Assembly (NCBI GenBank): GCA_043742765.1
Contig: JAYTXT010000033.1
Span: 1 to 24,457, forward strand
Direction: 5' to 3'
From: Gammaproteobacteria bacterium
GTDB lineage: Bacteria; Pseudomonadota; Gammaproteobacteria; Steroidobacterales; Steroidobacteraceae
Length of the DNA: 24,457 nt
How positions within the stretch are numbered: the first letter of the stretch is position 1; each line of letters begins with the position of its first letter. Shown piece after piece: positions 8,847 through 19,696 of the stretch. The translations under genes and the position numbers were made by a program. Below the pieces are notes generated by a model that saw nothing but the letters and a program-made list of their open reading frames with translations, was not told the DNA's origin and did no database searches.

Positions 8847-10469
8847 CTAGAGGTTCTGGTAGTTGGGACCAGAACCGCCTTCCGGCGTGGTCCAGGTGAT
8901 GAGCTGGTACGGGTCCTTGATGTCGCAGGCCTTGCAGTGTACGCAGTTGGCGGCGTTGATCTGCAGGCGGCGCGTGCCGTCTTCCGCCGTGAGGATCTCG
9001 TACACTGCCGCCGGGCAGAAGCGCGTGCAGGGATTGCCGAATTCGCGTGCGCAGCGATCGGCGCAGACACTGGTGTCGGCGACGTGCAGGTGCACCGGCT
9101 GATTTTCATCGTGCACGGTCGAGGCCAGGTAGACCGCCGCGGTGCGATCGCGTGGCGGCAGCGTGCGCTCGGGCCAGTCGGCGCGCGCTCGTGCTTCCGT
9201 GCCGGGCTGGTCGAGCAGCCGGAGCGTGCGATCGTTGGCGGTGTGTTTGAGTGTCCAGGGCGTGCGGCCGCCGACCGCCGTCTCCAGCGCCGCGTTCGCC
9301 AGGCCCAGCCACAGCCCACGCTTGAAGCCCGGTTTGATGTTGCGCACCGCGTGCAGCGAGCGGCCGCCCGGCGAGGCGCGCCAGGCCGCGTCGTAACCGG
9401 CCGGGGTGGAATGCGCCACCAGGTGCTCGGCGGCCAGCATCCCCGAGCGCATCGCCTGGTGGATGCCCTTGATGCGTGCCGCGTCAAGCGTTCCGGCGGC
9501 GTCGCCGACCAGCAGTGCCCCTGGCATTTCCATGGTGGGGAGTGATTGCGCGCCGCCGGCGGCGATGGAGCGCGCGCCATAGGCCAGCAGCTCAGCGCCG
9601 TCGAGGAGCGCGTGCAGCGTCGGGTGATTCTTCATCTGCTGGAAAGCTTCGAATGGCTGGAACAGTGGGTCGTGATAGTCGAGGCCGACGACCAGTCCGA
9701 CGTACACCCGATCCCGGTCGAGGTGATAGATGAAACCGCCGCCAAAGGTGTCGCGGGGCATCGGCCAGCCGATCGTGTGTTGCACGAGTCCCGTCGACCC
9801 GCGCCCCGCGGGCAGCTGCCACAGTTCCTTGAAGCCGAGCGCGAAAGTGGGCGGCGAGCGGTCGGCATCCAGCTGGTAGCGGGCGATCAGCTCCTTGCTG
9901 ATGCTGCCGCGGCACCCTTCGGCCAGCACGGTGACGGGCGCGCGGATCTGCGCTCCCAGCGTGAAATGCGGCCCTTCGCTCCCCTCGCGCGTGCGGCCCA
10001 TGTCGCCGAGTTGTATGCCGCAGACCGCGCCGTCGGCGTCGAACAGCGCGCTGCTCGCGGCAAAGCCTGTGAAGATATCGGCCCCGGCGGCTTCCGTTCT
10101 GGCGCCGAGCCACGGCACCAGTTGCGAGATCGAGGCGACAAAGTAGCCGTGGTTGCGCTGCTGCGGCGGCGTCGGCAGCCGATAGCTCCCGCGTGCGGTC
10201 AGGAAGCGGAACTCGTCGCGCTGCACGGCCACGCAGTCGGGCGGCGGCGCGGCGCGCCACTCGGGCACCAGAGCATCGAGCGCCACCGGATCGAGCACCG
10301 CGCCCGAGAGCGAATGCGCGCCCAGGCTTGCCGCTTTCTCGACCACACAGACTGAACGCGCGGGATCAAGCTGGCGGAGCCGCAGCGCGCAGGCGAGCCC
10401 GGCGGGCCCGGCACCGACGATCGCCACGTCGTAATTCATCACGTCCCGTTCGCTCGTGGCTGCGCTCAT
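8847..10469 (-). CDS. Electron transfer flavoprotein-ubiquinone oxidoreductase (ETF-QO)
   Basis: YDVAIVGAGPAGL FAD motif, SGAVLDP, AEGCRGS, KGIHQAMRSGMLAAE and C-terminal FCPAAVYE...NCVHCKACDIKDP...EGGSGPNY. The ATG at 10469 overlaps the upstream stop (ATGA). Confidence 0.95.
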   Translation of the reverse strand: MSAATSERDVMNYDVAIVGAGPAGLACALRLRQLDPARSVCVVEKAASLGAHSLSGAVLDPVALDALVPEWRAAPPPDCVAVQRDEFRFLTARGSYRLPTPPQQRNHGYFVASISQLVPWLGARTEAAGADIFTGFAASSALFDADGAVCGIQLGDMGRTREGSEGPHFTLGAQIRAPVTVLAEGCRGSISKELIARYQLDADRSPPTFALGFKELWQLPAGRGSTGLVQHTIGWPMPRDTFGGGFIYHLDRDRVYVGLVVGLDYHDPLFQPFEAFQQMKNHPTLHALLDGAELLAYGARSIAAGGAQSLPTMEMPGALLVGDAAGTLDAARIKGIHQAMRSGMLAAEHLVAHSTPAGYDAAWRASPGGRSLHAVRNIKPGFKRGLWLGLANAALETAVGGRTPWTLKHTANDRTLRLLDQPGTEARARADWPERTLPPRDRTAAVYLASTVHDENQPVHLHVADTSVCADRCAREFGNPCTRFCPAAVYEILTAEDGTRRLQINAANCVHCKACDIKDPYQLITWTTPEGGSGPNYQNL

Positions 10470-11203
10470 GCATTCGCTCCCATTGCGTCGACTTCGCCCG
10501 TGGCGGCAAGAATGGCGGCGCGCGCCGCATCGCGCAAGGCCGCAGCACTGTCGGGGTGGCCACGCGTGGCCCACAGCGGCTCCAGGCTGACCACGGAAAT
10601 CAACCCGGCGCGAGGCAGCAGGCTCCCGGGGGCGAAACAGCGGCGCGTGCCGAGTATCGCCAGCGGTACCAGCGCCGCACCGGCGCGTTCTGCCGCGGCG
10701 AAAGCCCCGGTGTGGAAGCGCAGCAGCCCCGGTCGGGTGTGGAAAGTGCCCTCAGGAAAGAAGGCCAGCGAGCCACCACGTGCCGCGCTGCGGATCACGC
10801 GCAGCGCGTCGCGCGAGCCGCCAGCGCGGTTACCGCGGGTCACGAACTGCACGCCGATGCGACGCAGCAGGAATCCGGCCAGGGGCACCGAGGCCATCTC
10901 CCGCTTGATGACGAAGTCGAAGCGCGGCGGCAGCACCGCCGCAAGCACCACACCGTCGAGGTAGCTGCAGTGATTGGCTACAACAATACAGGGATCCGGT
11001 AACGGCTCCCGCCAGCGCACCCGGATCGGCATTCCCATGAGTGTCAGCGAGGTGCGGCCCGCCCACCGGATGAGACATCGGCGGCCCGCCAGTGTCGGTA
11101 TGACGGCCAGCGGCGGCAGCGCCAGCAGGGCCACCGCCAGGAAGGTGGTGGCGGCGTAGACGGCGTAAATCAGCCGCAGCGGCAGCAACGCCCGCTCGCC
11201 CAT
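10466..11203 (-). CDS. plsC: 1-acyl-sn-glycerol-3-phosphate acyltransferase (PlsC/LPAAT family)
   Basis: NHCSYLD (HxxxxD) and FFPEGT motifs with an N-terminal hydrophobic segment. Start assigned to ATG 11203 (uncertain). Confidence 0.88.
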   Translation of the reverse strand: MGERALLPLRLIYAVYAATTFLAVALLALPPLAVIPTLAGRRCLIRWAGRTSLTLMGMPIRVRWREPLPDPCIVVANHCSYLDGVVLAAVLPPRFDFVIKREMASVPLAGFLLRRIGVQFVTRGNRAGGSRDALRVIRSAARGGSLAFFPEGTFHTRPGLLRFHTGAFAAAERAGAALVPLAILGTRRCFAPGSLLPRAGLISVVSLEPLWATRGHPDSAAALRDAARAAILAATGEVDAMGANA

Positions 11204-11278
11204 GGTGCGTTGCGGGGCTGTGGGCGGCGTCACGGAATTTGGTGCGTCAGTCAATGGGATGTGTGATCCAGGTCCCCC

Positions 11279-11285
11279 TATATTA
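11279..11285. promoter_or_regulatory. Putative bidirectional sigma70 -10 element (TATATTA)
   Basis: Reads TATATT on + (11279-11284) and TAATAT on - (11285-11280). It is an AT-rich patch in the divergent plsC/xerD spacer. Confidence 0.5.
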
Positions 11286-11299
11286 GCTGTTGGCGCGGT

Positions 11300-11315
11300 T
11301 GTGAGTCCCATCACA
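11300..11315. promoter_or_regulatory. CRP/Clp/Vfr-type binding site TGTGA-N6-TCACA
   Basis: Exact TGTGA-gtccca-TCACA palindrome in the divergent intergenic region, centred about 42 bp upstream of the start site predicted from CATACT at 11338-11343. Confidence 0.7.
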
Positions 11316-11382
11316 TCGCCGGGCCGTGTTCGCTTTGCATACTGCAGACCTGAGCCAATCCGCCAGCGCAGCAGGAATCGCA

Positions 11383-12312
11383 TTGAGCAGACACGCCACA
11401 GTGACCACCGAGCCGGTCGCCGAAATCATTGATCCGGTCATCGGCCGTTTCCTTGACGCGGTATGGATGGAGCGTGGGCTGTCGCCGAACACGTTGGCCG
11501 CCTACCGCGCCGACCTGATCGCGCTGTCGCGCTGGCTCGCGCAGCGCAACCTGGTGTTGGTGCGTACCGCCCGGGCCGATGTGCTGGCCTTCATCGCCGC
11601 ACGCGCCGCCGGCGGTTCGCGGCCGCGCTCGACCGCGCGCCAGCTGTCATCGTTCCGGCGTTTCTTCCGCTTTCTGATGCGCGACGGCGTGGTGCGCGAG
11701 GATCCGACCGCGCAGATCGCCATGCCGCGCATCGGCCGCTCGCTGCCGAAATCGCTGACCGAAGCCGAGGTTGAATCGCTCCTGATGGCGCCAACCGTCA
11801 CTGATCCGCTCGGCAACCGCGACCGCACCATGCTCGAAGTGCTGTACGCCACCGGGCTGCGTGTTTCCGAACTCGTCAGCCTGCGCGTCGACCAGGTGAA
11901 CATGACCCAGGGCGTGCTGCGCGTGCTCGGCAAGGGCAATCGCGAACGCCTGATTCCGCTCGGCGAGGAAGCCGTGCGCTGGCTCGGTACCTTCATTGGC
12001 AGCCCGCGTGCCGAGATCCTGCTCGAGCGCAGCACCGACTATCTGTTTCCGACCCGACGGGGCGATCGCATGACGCGCCAGGCTTTCTGGCACATCATCA
12101 AGCGTTATGCGCGCAAGGCGAGCGTCAGTCGCGAGCTTTCGCCGCACACGTTGCGGCACGCCTTCGCCACGCACCTGCTAAATCATGGCGCCGACCTGCG
12201 CGTGGTGCAGATGCTGCTCGGCCACAGCGATCTGTCGACCACGCAGATCTACACGCACGTGGCCCGCGAGCGCATGAAGGAACTGCATTCCGAGCACCAT
12301 CCGCGCGGCTGA
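11383..12312 (+). CDS. xerD: Site-specific tyrosine recombinase XerD
   Basis: ERGLSPNTLAAYRADL, YATGLRVSELV, GKGNRERLIP, SPHTLRHAFATHLLNHGADLRVVQMLLGH and TTQIYTHV give the full R-K-H-R-H-Y catalytic set. Canonical xerD-dsbC synteny. Start is TTG 11383 (AGGA SD) or GTG 11401. Confidence 0.96.
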   Translation: MSRHATVTTEPVAEIIDPVIGRFLDAVWMERGLSPNTLAAYRADLIALSRWLAQRNLVLVRTARADVLAFIAARAAGGSRPRSTARQLSSFRRFFRFLMRDGVVREDPTAQIAMPRIGRSLPKSLTEAEVESLLMAPTVTDPLGNRDRTMLEVLYATGLRVSELVSLRVDQVNMTQGVLRVLGKGNRERLIPLGEEAVRWLGTFIGSPRAEILLERSTDYLFPTRRGDRMTRQAFWHIIKRYARKASVSRELSPHTLRHAFATHLLNHGADLRVVQMLLGHSDLSTTQIYTHVARERMKELHSEHHPRG

Positions 12313-12350
12313 TCAGCCGACCTCCGCGTTCGCGCCCGCGTGCGGCGCTC

Positions 12351-12359
12351 TGCTAGACT
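12351..12359 (+). promoter_or_regulatory. Putative extended -10 (TGcTAGACT) of a leaderless dsbC transcript
   Basis: TGn-TAnnnT lies exactly 7 nt before the ATG at 12367, with no SD between. Confidence 0.5.
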
Positions 12360-12366
12360 CGAGCCT

Positions 12367-13149
12367 ATGAACTTCAGAAACTGCCTGCCGTGGTGTTTTA
12401 CGGCCGTATTAAGCAGCGCCGCCCTGGCGCTGAGTGCCGCCAGCGCGCCGTCGCCGCCGGTGGCAGTGACCGCTGCACCGCTCACGCCCCTCGCAGCCGA
12501 GCTCGCGGCGGTGGCCGCGCACCTGCCCGGCGCTCATCCGGGCGACATACGCACTACCCCGATTCCCGGCATCTACGAATTCCGGCAAGGCGCCGAGCTG
12601 GTCTACGTGACCGCCGACGGGCGCTACGGCTTGGCCGGTGATCTGTACCGGCTGGCTGATCGAAGCAACCTCAGCGACGCACGCCGGCGCGAGCTGCGCC
12701 TGGGCCTGATCGGCGCTGTACCCGAATCATCGATGGTGGTGTTTGCGCCCGCGGCGCCGGCCAAGTACACGATCACCGTGTTTACGGATGTCGATTGCAC
12801 CTATTGCCGCGCGCTGCACAAGCAGATCGCCGAGTACAACCGCCTGGGCGTGAAGGTGCGTTACATGTTCTTCCCGCGCAGTGGTCCCAACTCCGAGAGC
12901 TGGTCTAAGGCCGAGCAGGTGTGGTGTTCCGCCGACCGGCGCGCGGCGCTGACGCAGGCGAAATTAGGCATGGCGATCACGGCCGCGATCTGCAAGCCCA
13001 ACGCGGTCGCCGACCAATACGCGCTCGGCCGTGCGATCGGCCTCACGGGTACGCCGGGCATCGTCACCGAATCGGGCGAATTGCTGCCGGGCTACGCGCC
13101 GCCCGACGAACTGCTGCAGGAACTGCAGCAGGAAACCCCGCACGGCTAG
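12367..13149 (+). CDS. dsbC: Thiol:disulfide isomerase DsbC
   Basis: Signal peptide, N-terminal dimerisation region (TTPIPGIYE...YVTADGRY), FTDVDCTYC active site and GTPG cis-Pro loop. Confidence 0.92.
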   Translation: MNFRNCLPWCFTAVLSSAALALSAASAPSPPVAVTAAPLTPLAAELAAVAAHLPGAHPGDIRTTPIPGIYEFRQGAELVYVTADGRYGLAGDLYRLADRSNLSDARRRELRLGLIGAVPESSMVVFAPAAPAKYTITVFTDVDCTYCRALHKQIAEYNRLGVKVRYMFFPRSGPNSESWSKAEQVWCSADRRAALTQAKLGMAITAAICKPNAVADQYALGRAIGLTGTPGIVTESGELLPGYAPPDELLQELQQETPHG

Positions 13150-13174
13150 CGCGGTGGCGGCCCCGTGGGGCGGG

Positions 13175-13498
13175 TCACCGTTCCAGGAGCTTGAGCTTGT
13201 CGGGCTTGCCTTCCCAGTCCTTGGCGTCCGCGGGCGGCGTACCACGCTCGGCGATCACCGGCCACTGCTTGGCGAGCTCGGCATTCAACGCCGTGAATTT
13301 TTCCTGTCCCGCGGGCAGCTCTTCCTCGGAGTAGATTGCTTCGACCGGGCATTCCGGTTCGCACAGCGTGCAGTCGATGCATTCATCCGGGTCGATGACC
13401 AGGAAGTTCGGGCCGACGTGGAAGCAATCCACGGGGCAGACTTCCACGCAATCCATGTACTTGCACTTGATGCAGTTTTCGGTGACGACGAAGGTCAT
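13175..13498 (-). CDS. fdxA: 7Fe ([3Fe-4S]+[4Fe-4S]) ferredoxin, Azotobacter FdI type
   Basis: [26 protein letters not shown]...[16 protein letters not shown]...LKLLER. GGAG SD 5 nt before ATG 13498. Confidence 0.95.
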   Translation of the reverse strand: MTFVVTENCIKCKYMDCVEVCPVDCFHVGPNFLVIDPDECIDCTLCEPECPVEAIYSEEELPAGQEKFTALNAELAKQWPVIAERGTPPADAKDWEGKPDKLKLLER

Positions 13499-13549
13499 TG
13501 AGGCTCCGGAACGGACGGGCGCGGGTGGGCGCGGTGCGGCAACCGCGCT

Positions 13550-13577
13550 ATTGTGCCAAAGGCCCCCGCCAGCGCAA
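13550..13577 (-). promoter_or_regulatory. Putative sigma70 promoter for fdxA
   Basis: Minus strand reads TTGCGC-N16-CACAAT with TG extension (TGgCACAAT) and a GC-rich discriminator. Confidence 0.4.
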
Positions 13578-13607
13578 GCGCAGCGGTGCCATAAGCGTAT
13601 ACGGACG

Positions 13608-14156
13608 CTAGTGCGCCGAGCGCTCGATATCGTGGAAATGGATGCGCTCGATCTGGTCGCGCCGGTCGGCGAAGAACCTTTCGAGGGCAAAGCGGATGCT
13701 GGCGAAGGCGATATCTTCCCACGGGATCTCGGCCTCCTTGAACAGCGCCGTTTCCAGGCTCTCGATCCCGGCGCCGTAGCCTGCGGCGCGCATCTGGGCC
13801 CGGAACATCACGTGCACCTGCGCGGCGTGCAGCACGTTGACGACGCTCAGCAGCGTCCCCACTTCGACCTCAGCCAGCGCTTCTTCCGCGGTCTCGCGCG
13901 CGGCCGCGGCGTGCATCGACTCGCCGATCTCGAGGAAACCCGCGGGCGCGGTCCAGTAGCCGCGCCGCGGCTCGATGGCGCGCCGGCACAGCAGAATGCG
14001 GCCCTGCCATTCGGGCACGCAGCCGACCACCACGCGCGGGTTTTCGTAGTGCACGATGCCGCAGTTGTCGCACACCGCGCGCCGCAGTTGGTCGCCTGCG
14101 GGAACCCGGATGGCCACGCTATGGCCGCAATTGGCACAGAACTTGATTATCGGCAT
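13608..14156 (-). CDS. Nudix hydrolase with an N-terminal zinc ribbon
   Basis: FCANCG...VCDNCG zinc ribbon, [10 protein letters not shown] and Nudix box [21 protein letters not shown]. Confidence 0.9.
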   Translation of the reverse strand: MPIIKFCANCGHSVAIRVPAGDQLRRAVCDNCGIVHYENPRVVVGCVPEWQGRILLCRRAIEPRRGYWTAPAGFLEIGESMHAAAARETAEEALAEVEVGTLLSVVNVLHAAQVHVMFRAQMRAAGYGAGIESLETALFKEAEIPWEDIAFASIRFALERFFADRRDQIERIHFHDIERSAH

Positions 14157-14179
14157 GGCCTGCGATCGTGGGATTCGGG

Positions 14180-14186
14180 TATCGTA
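14180..14186. promoter_or_regulatory. Putative bidirectional -10 element (TATCGTA) for tRNA-Leu/queA and Nudix
   Basis: Reads TATCGT on + and TACGAT on -, in the 44-bp divergent spacer. Confidence 0.45.
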
Positions 14187-14200
14187 CTCGAATTACCCAC

Positions 14201-14285
14201 GGCCTCGTGGCGGAACTGGTAGACGCAGTCGACTCAAAATCGACCGGGCTTGCCCATCTCGGTTCGACTCCGAGCGAGGCCACCA
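14201..14285 (+). tRNA. tRNA-Leu (anticodon CAA)
   Basis: Acceptor stem GGCCTCG/CGAGGCC plus ACCA; D-loop with GG (AACTGGTAGAC); anticodon arm GTCGA-CTCAAAA-TCGAC; long variable arm GGGC-TT-GCCC; T arm CTCGG-TTCGACT-CCGAG; 85 nt. Confidence 0.96.
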
Positions 14286-14294
14286 AACTCTGGA

Positions 14295-16457
<2,163 letters not shown>

Positions 16458-16530
16458 GCCGCCCTTTTTCGCACTCGGGGTGGATCGGCACGCCCCGTAC
16501 ATCGTCTGAAAACCACCGGAAGGACTGCCC

Positions 16531-16860
16531 ATGGATTTCCTGATTTCACCGGCATATGCACAGGCTGCGGGCGCGCCCGCGGGCGCAGGGTACAGCCAGA
16601 TTCTGATCCTGGTCGTGTTCGTTGCGATCTTCTACTTCATGCTGATCCGGCCCCAGCAGAAGCGCCAGAAGGAACAGCAGGCGATGCTGGCGAAGCTGGC
16701 CAGTGGCGATGAAGTCGTTACCAGCGGCGGAATCCTCGGGCGCATCACCGAAGTCGGCGATAGCTTCGTCACGCTCGAGGTCGCCGATGGCGTGCGCATC
16801 CGCGTGCAGCGCGGCCAGGTTTCGCAGCTCATGCCCAAGGGCACGCTGAAGGGCGCGTAG
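16531..16860 (+). CDS. yajC: Preprotein translocase subunit YajC
   Basis: FYFMLIRPQQKRQKE, GDEVVTSGGILG and AAGGA SD; position directly before secD. Confidence 0.96.
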   Translation: MDFLISPAYAQAAGAPAGAGYSQILILVVFVAIFYFMLIRPQQKRQKEQQAMLAKLASGDEVVTSGGILGRITEVGDSFVTLEVADGVRIRVQRGQVSQLMPKGTLKGA

Positions 16861-16869
16861 GGATTTCTC

Positions 16870-18741
16870 ATGCTGGAATTCCCGCGCTGGAAATACACGC
16901 TGGTCGCGCTCGTCATGCTGCTGGCGCTGATGTTCGCGCTGCCGAATTTCTTCGGCACCGATCCGGCGCTGCAGGTGGCGCGCAAGAACCGCCTGCCGAT
17001 GGACGAGTTCGCACGCCAGGCCGTCGAGCAGGTGCTGAACACCTCGGCCGCGCCATTTCGCGGCGCGTATCTCGATGACGGCAAGCTGATCGTCCGTTTC
17101 GCCAGCGTCGCCGACCAGCTCAGGGCCCGCGATACGGTTAACGAATCCATGGCCGCCGACTACGTCTCCGCGCTGACCACCGCCTCGCGGGCCCCGGCGG
17201 CGCTGCGGCGCTTTGGCCTGCGGCCCATGCCGCTCGGCCTGGATCTGCGCGGCGGCCTGTATCTGCTTTACCAGGTGGACGTGAACGGCGCGGTGGCGCA
17301 GCTGCTCGAGAGCTACGACCAGGGGTTCCGGCGCACGCTGGCCGGCGCCAACCTGCCGTTCACCGATATCACCACCTACACCGGCAGCAAGAGCGCCATC
17401 GCCAACGCGCTACGCGTGATGCTGCCCGCCGGCGCCGATGTGGGGGCGGTGCGCGAGGCGCTCCGTAAAGGCAACGGCGATCTGATTTTCAGCATCGGCA
17501 GCAGCGATTCCGGCCCGACCATCGACATGGAAATGTCCCCGACCCAGGTCAAGGCCCGCCAGGATTACGCGCTGCAGAAGAACATCACCACGCTGCGAAA
17601 CCGCGTCAATGAACTCGGCGTCTCCGAGCCGATCGTCGCGCAACAGGGGATCGATCGCATTAACGTGCAGCTGCCCGGCGTGCAGAACTCCGCCGAGGTC
17701 AAGGACATTCTCGGCAAGGTGGCAACCCTGGAGTTCCGCCTCGAGGATTCGCAGAACAACGCCGGCGAAGCCAAGCAGCGCGGCCGCGCGCCGCTCGGCT
17801 CCAAGCTCTACGACATGGATGGCCGTCCGGTGCTGCTCAAGCGCGAGCTGATCGCCACCGGCGACCAGCTCACCAATGCCACCTCGAGTTCGGGCAATGA
17901 AGGTCCCGAGGTCAACGTCACGCTCAACGGCCAGGGCGGCGATTCGATGCTGCGCAACACGCGGCTCAATGTCCGCAAGCGCATGGCGGTGGTCTACATC
18001 GAGACCAGCCGCGAGAGCCGCGTGATCGACGGCCAGAAAACCTCACACGATGTCACGACCGAAAAGATCATCAGCCTGGCGACGATCCAGGCGGTCTTGA
18101 GCAACCAGTTCCGTATCACCGGCCTGACCGCCATTGAGTCGCGGGAGCTGGCTCTGCTGATGCGCTCCGGGTCGCTGTCGGCGCCGATCTTCGCGGTCGA
18201 GGAGCGCACCATCGGTCCGAGCCTCGGCGCCGAGAATATCCGCAAGGGCGTGCAGGCACTGGTGATCGGCATGCTGGCGGTGTTCGCATTCATGGCGCTC
18301 TACTACCAGCGCTTCGGCTGGGTGGCCAACCTGGTGCTGCTGGCGAACGTCGTGCTGCTTACCGCGTTGCTGTCGATGCTGCGCGCGACACTCTCGCTGC
18401 CTGGCATCGCCGGCATTATCCTCACCGTTGGCATCGCCGTGGATGCCAACGTGCTGATCTACGAGCGCATCCGCGAGGAGCTGCGCAATGGCGTGTCGCC
18501 GCAGGCGGCGATCCGCGCCGGCTTCGACAAGGCCTTCTCGGCGATCCTCGATTCGAACGTCACGGCCTTCATTGCCGGCCTGGTGCTGTGGGTGGTCGGG
18601 CGCGGGGCGATTCGCGGTTTCGCGGTGGTGCTGACGTTGGGCATCCTTACCTCGATGTTCACCTCGCTCATGGGCAGCCGGGCGGTGATCACCCTCATGT
18701 ATGGCGGGCGCCGCAAGCTCGACCGCCTCTCGATCGGTTAA
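16870..18741 (+). CDS. secD: Protein translocase subunit SecD
   Basis: LGLDLRGG, TLRNRVNELGVSEP, EERTIGPSLG and AVDANVLIYERIREEL. Confidence 0.97.
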   Translation: MLEFPRWKYTLVALVMLLALMFALPNFFGTDPALQVARKNRLPMDEFARQAVEQVLNTSAAPFRGAYLDDGKLIVRFASVADQLRARDTVNESMAADYVSALTTASRAPAALRRFGLRPMPLGLDLRGGLYLLYQVDVNGAVAQLLESYDQGFRRTLAGANLPFTDITTYTGSKSAIANALRVMLPAGADVGAVREALRKGNGDLIFSIGSSDSGPTIDMEMSPTQVKARQDYALQKNITTLRNRVNELGVSEPIVAQQGIDRINVQLPGVQNSAEVKDILGKVATLEFRLEDSQNNAGEAKQRGRAPLGSKLYDMDGRPVLLKRELIATGDQLTNATSSSGNEGPEVNVTLNGQGGDSMLRNTRLNVRKRMAVVYIETSRESRVIDGQKTSHDVTTEKIISLATIQAVLSNQFRITGLTAIESRELALLMRSGSLSAPIFAVEERTIGPSLGAENIRKGVQALVIGMLAVFAFMALYYQRFGWVANLVLLANVVLLTALLSMLRATLSLPGIAGIILTVGIAVDANVLIYERIREELRNGVSPQAAIRAGFDKAFSAILDSNVTAFIAGLVLWVVGRGAIRGFAVVLTLGILTSMFTSLMGSRAVITLMYGGRRKLDRLSIG

Positions 18742-18751
18742 GGAGAGTAAG

Positions 18752-19687
18752 GTGGAATTCTTCAAGAAAGCCACGAGCTTTCCTTTCATGTCGACGCGCA
18801 AGCTGTGGTACGGCTTGTCACTAGGGCTGATGGCGCTGGCCATCGGTTCGTTTTTCATCCGCGGCCTGAACCTCGCGGTCGATTTCACCGGCGGCGTGCA
18901 GGTGCAGGCGGGCTTCACAAACGCGGTGAACATCGATGCCCTGCGCAACGGGCTCGAGGGCGCGGGTTTCCGCGAACCACAGGTGCAGATCCTTGGCTCC
19001 TCGCGCGAGGCGGCGATCCGGCTGCCGCCGCAGACCGGCCAGGGTGGCGATGTGATCCGCGCGCGCATCGAAACCGTGCTGCACGGGATCGATCCCAAGG
19101 CCGAAATCACCAGCCTCGATGTGGTCGGCCCGCAGGTGGGCGACGAGCTCACGCGCGGCGCGATTGGCGCGCTGAGCGCGACACTGGCGCTGATCTTCCT
19201 GTATATCGCCTTTCGCTTTCACACCTGGCGGCTCTCACTCGGCGCCATCCTCGCAGTGCTGCACGACCCGATCCTGGTGCTGGGCGCCTTCTCGGTCGGG
19301 CACACCACCTTCGACCTGCCGGTGGTCTCGGCGATGCTCGCGGTGATCGGCTATTCGCTCAACGACACGGTCGTGGTGTTCGACCGCATCCGCGAGCGCT
19401 TCGAGGGCAGCCGGCGGCTCGAGCCGGTCGCGGTGCTCGACCAGTCGATCAACCAGACGCTGTCGCGCACCATCATGACCAAGGTGGTGACGCTGATCGT
19501 GGTGGTGGCGCTGTACCTGCTCGGCGGCCAGGCGCTCAAGGGCTTCTCGGAGGCGCTGATCATCGGTATCCTCGCCGGCACTTACTCTTCGATCTACATC
19601 TCGAGCGCGATCGCGCTCGATTGCGGCTTGAAAGCCGAGCACCTGCTGCCGACCTCGGTGAAGCGGCCGGTCGACGACCTGCCCTAA
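18752..19687 (+). CDS. secF: Protein translocase subunit SecF
   Basis: GLNLAVDFTGG, VGPQVGDEL and IGYSLNDTVVVFDRIRE...QTLSRTIMT. GTG start at 18752 after an AGGAG SD. Confidence 0.96.
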   Translation: MEFFKKATSFPFMSTRKLWYGLSLGLMALAIGSFFIRGLNLAVDFTGGVQVQAGFTNAVNIDALRNGLEGAGFREPQVQILGSSREAAIRLPPQTGQGGDVIRARIETVLHGIDPKAEITSLDVVGPQVGDELTRGAIGALSATLALIFLYIAFRFHTWRLSLGAILAVLHDPILVLGAFSVGHTTFDLPVVSAMLAVIGYSLNDTVVVFDRIRERFEGSRRLEPVAVLDQSINQTLSRTIMTKVVTLIVVVALYLLGGQALKGFSEALIIGILAGTYSSIYISSAIALDCGLKAEHLLPTSVKRPVDDLP

Positions 19688-19696
19688 GGAGTGCGC

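Noticed and set aside
8834-9580. Apparent 623-aa N-terminally extended ZapE
   Set aside because: The extension is an alternate frame inside ETF-QO with low-complexity R/A/P content. ZapE homology begins near 8833.
11383-12312. Tyrosine recombinase as evidence of a mobile element
   Set aside because: It has XerD-specific motifs and housekeeping xerD-dsbC synteny, with no cargo genes or att repeats.
13150-13174. GCCCC-GT-GGGGC between convergent dsbC and fdxA as a terminator
   Set aside because: The stem is very short with a 2-4 nt loop and there is no U-tract on either strand.
14201-14285. tRNA-Leu as an island integration site
   Set aside because: queA follows immediately. I saw no integrase and no duplicated tRNA 3' end elsewhere in the window.
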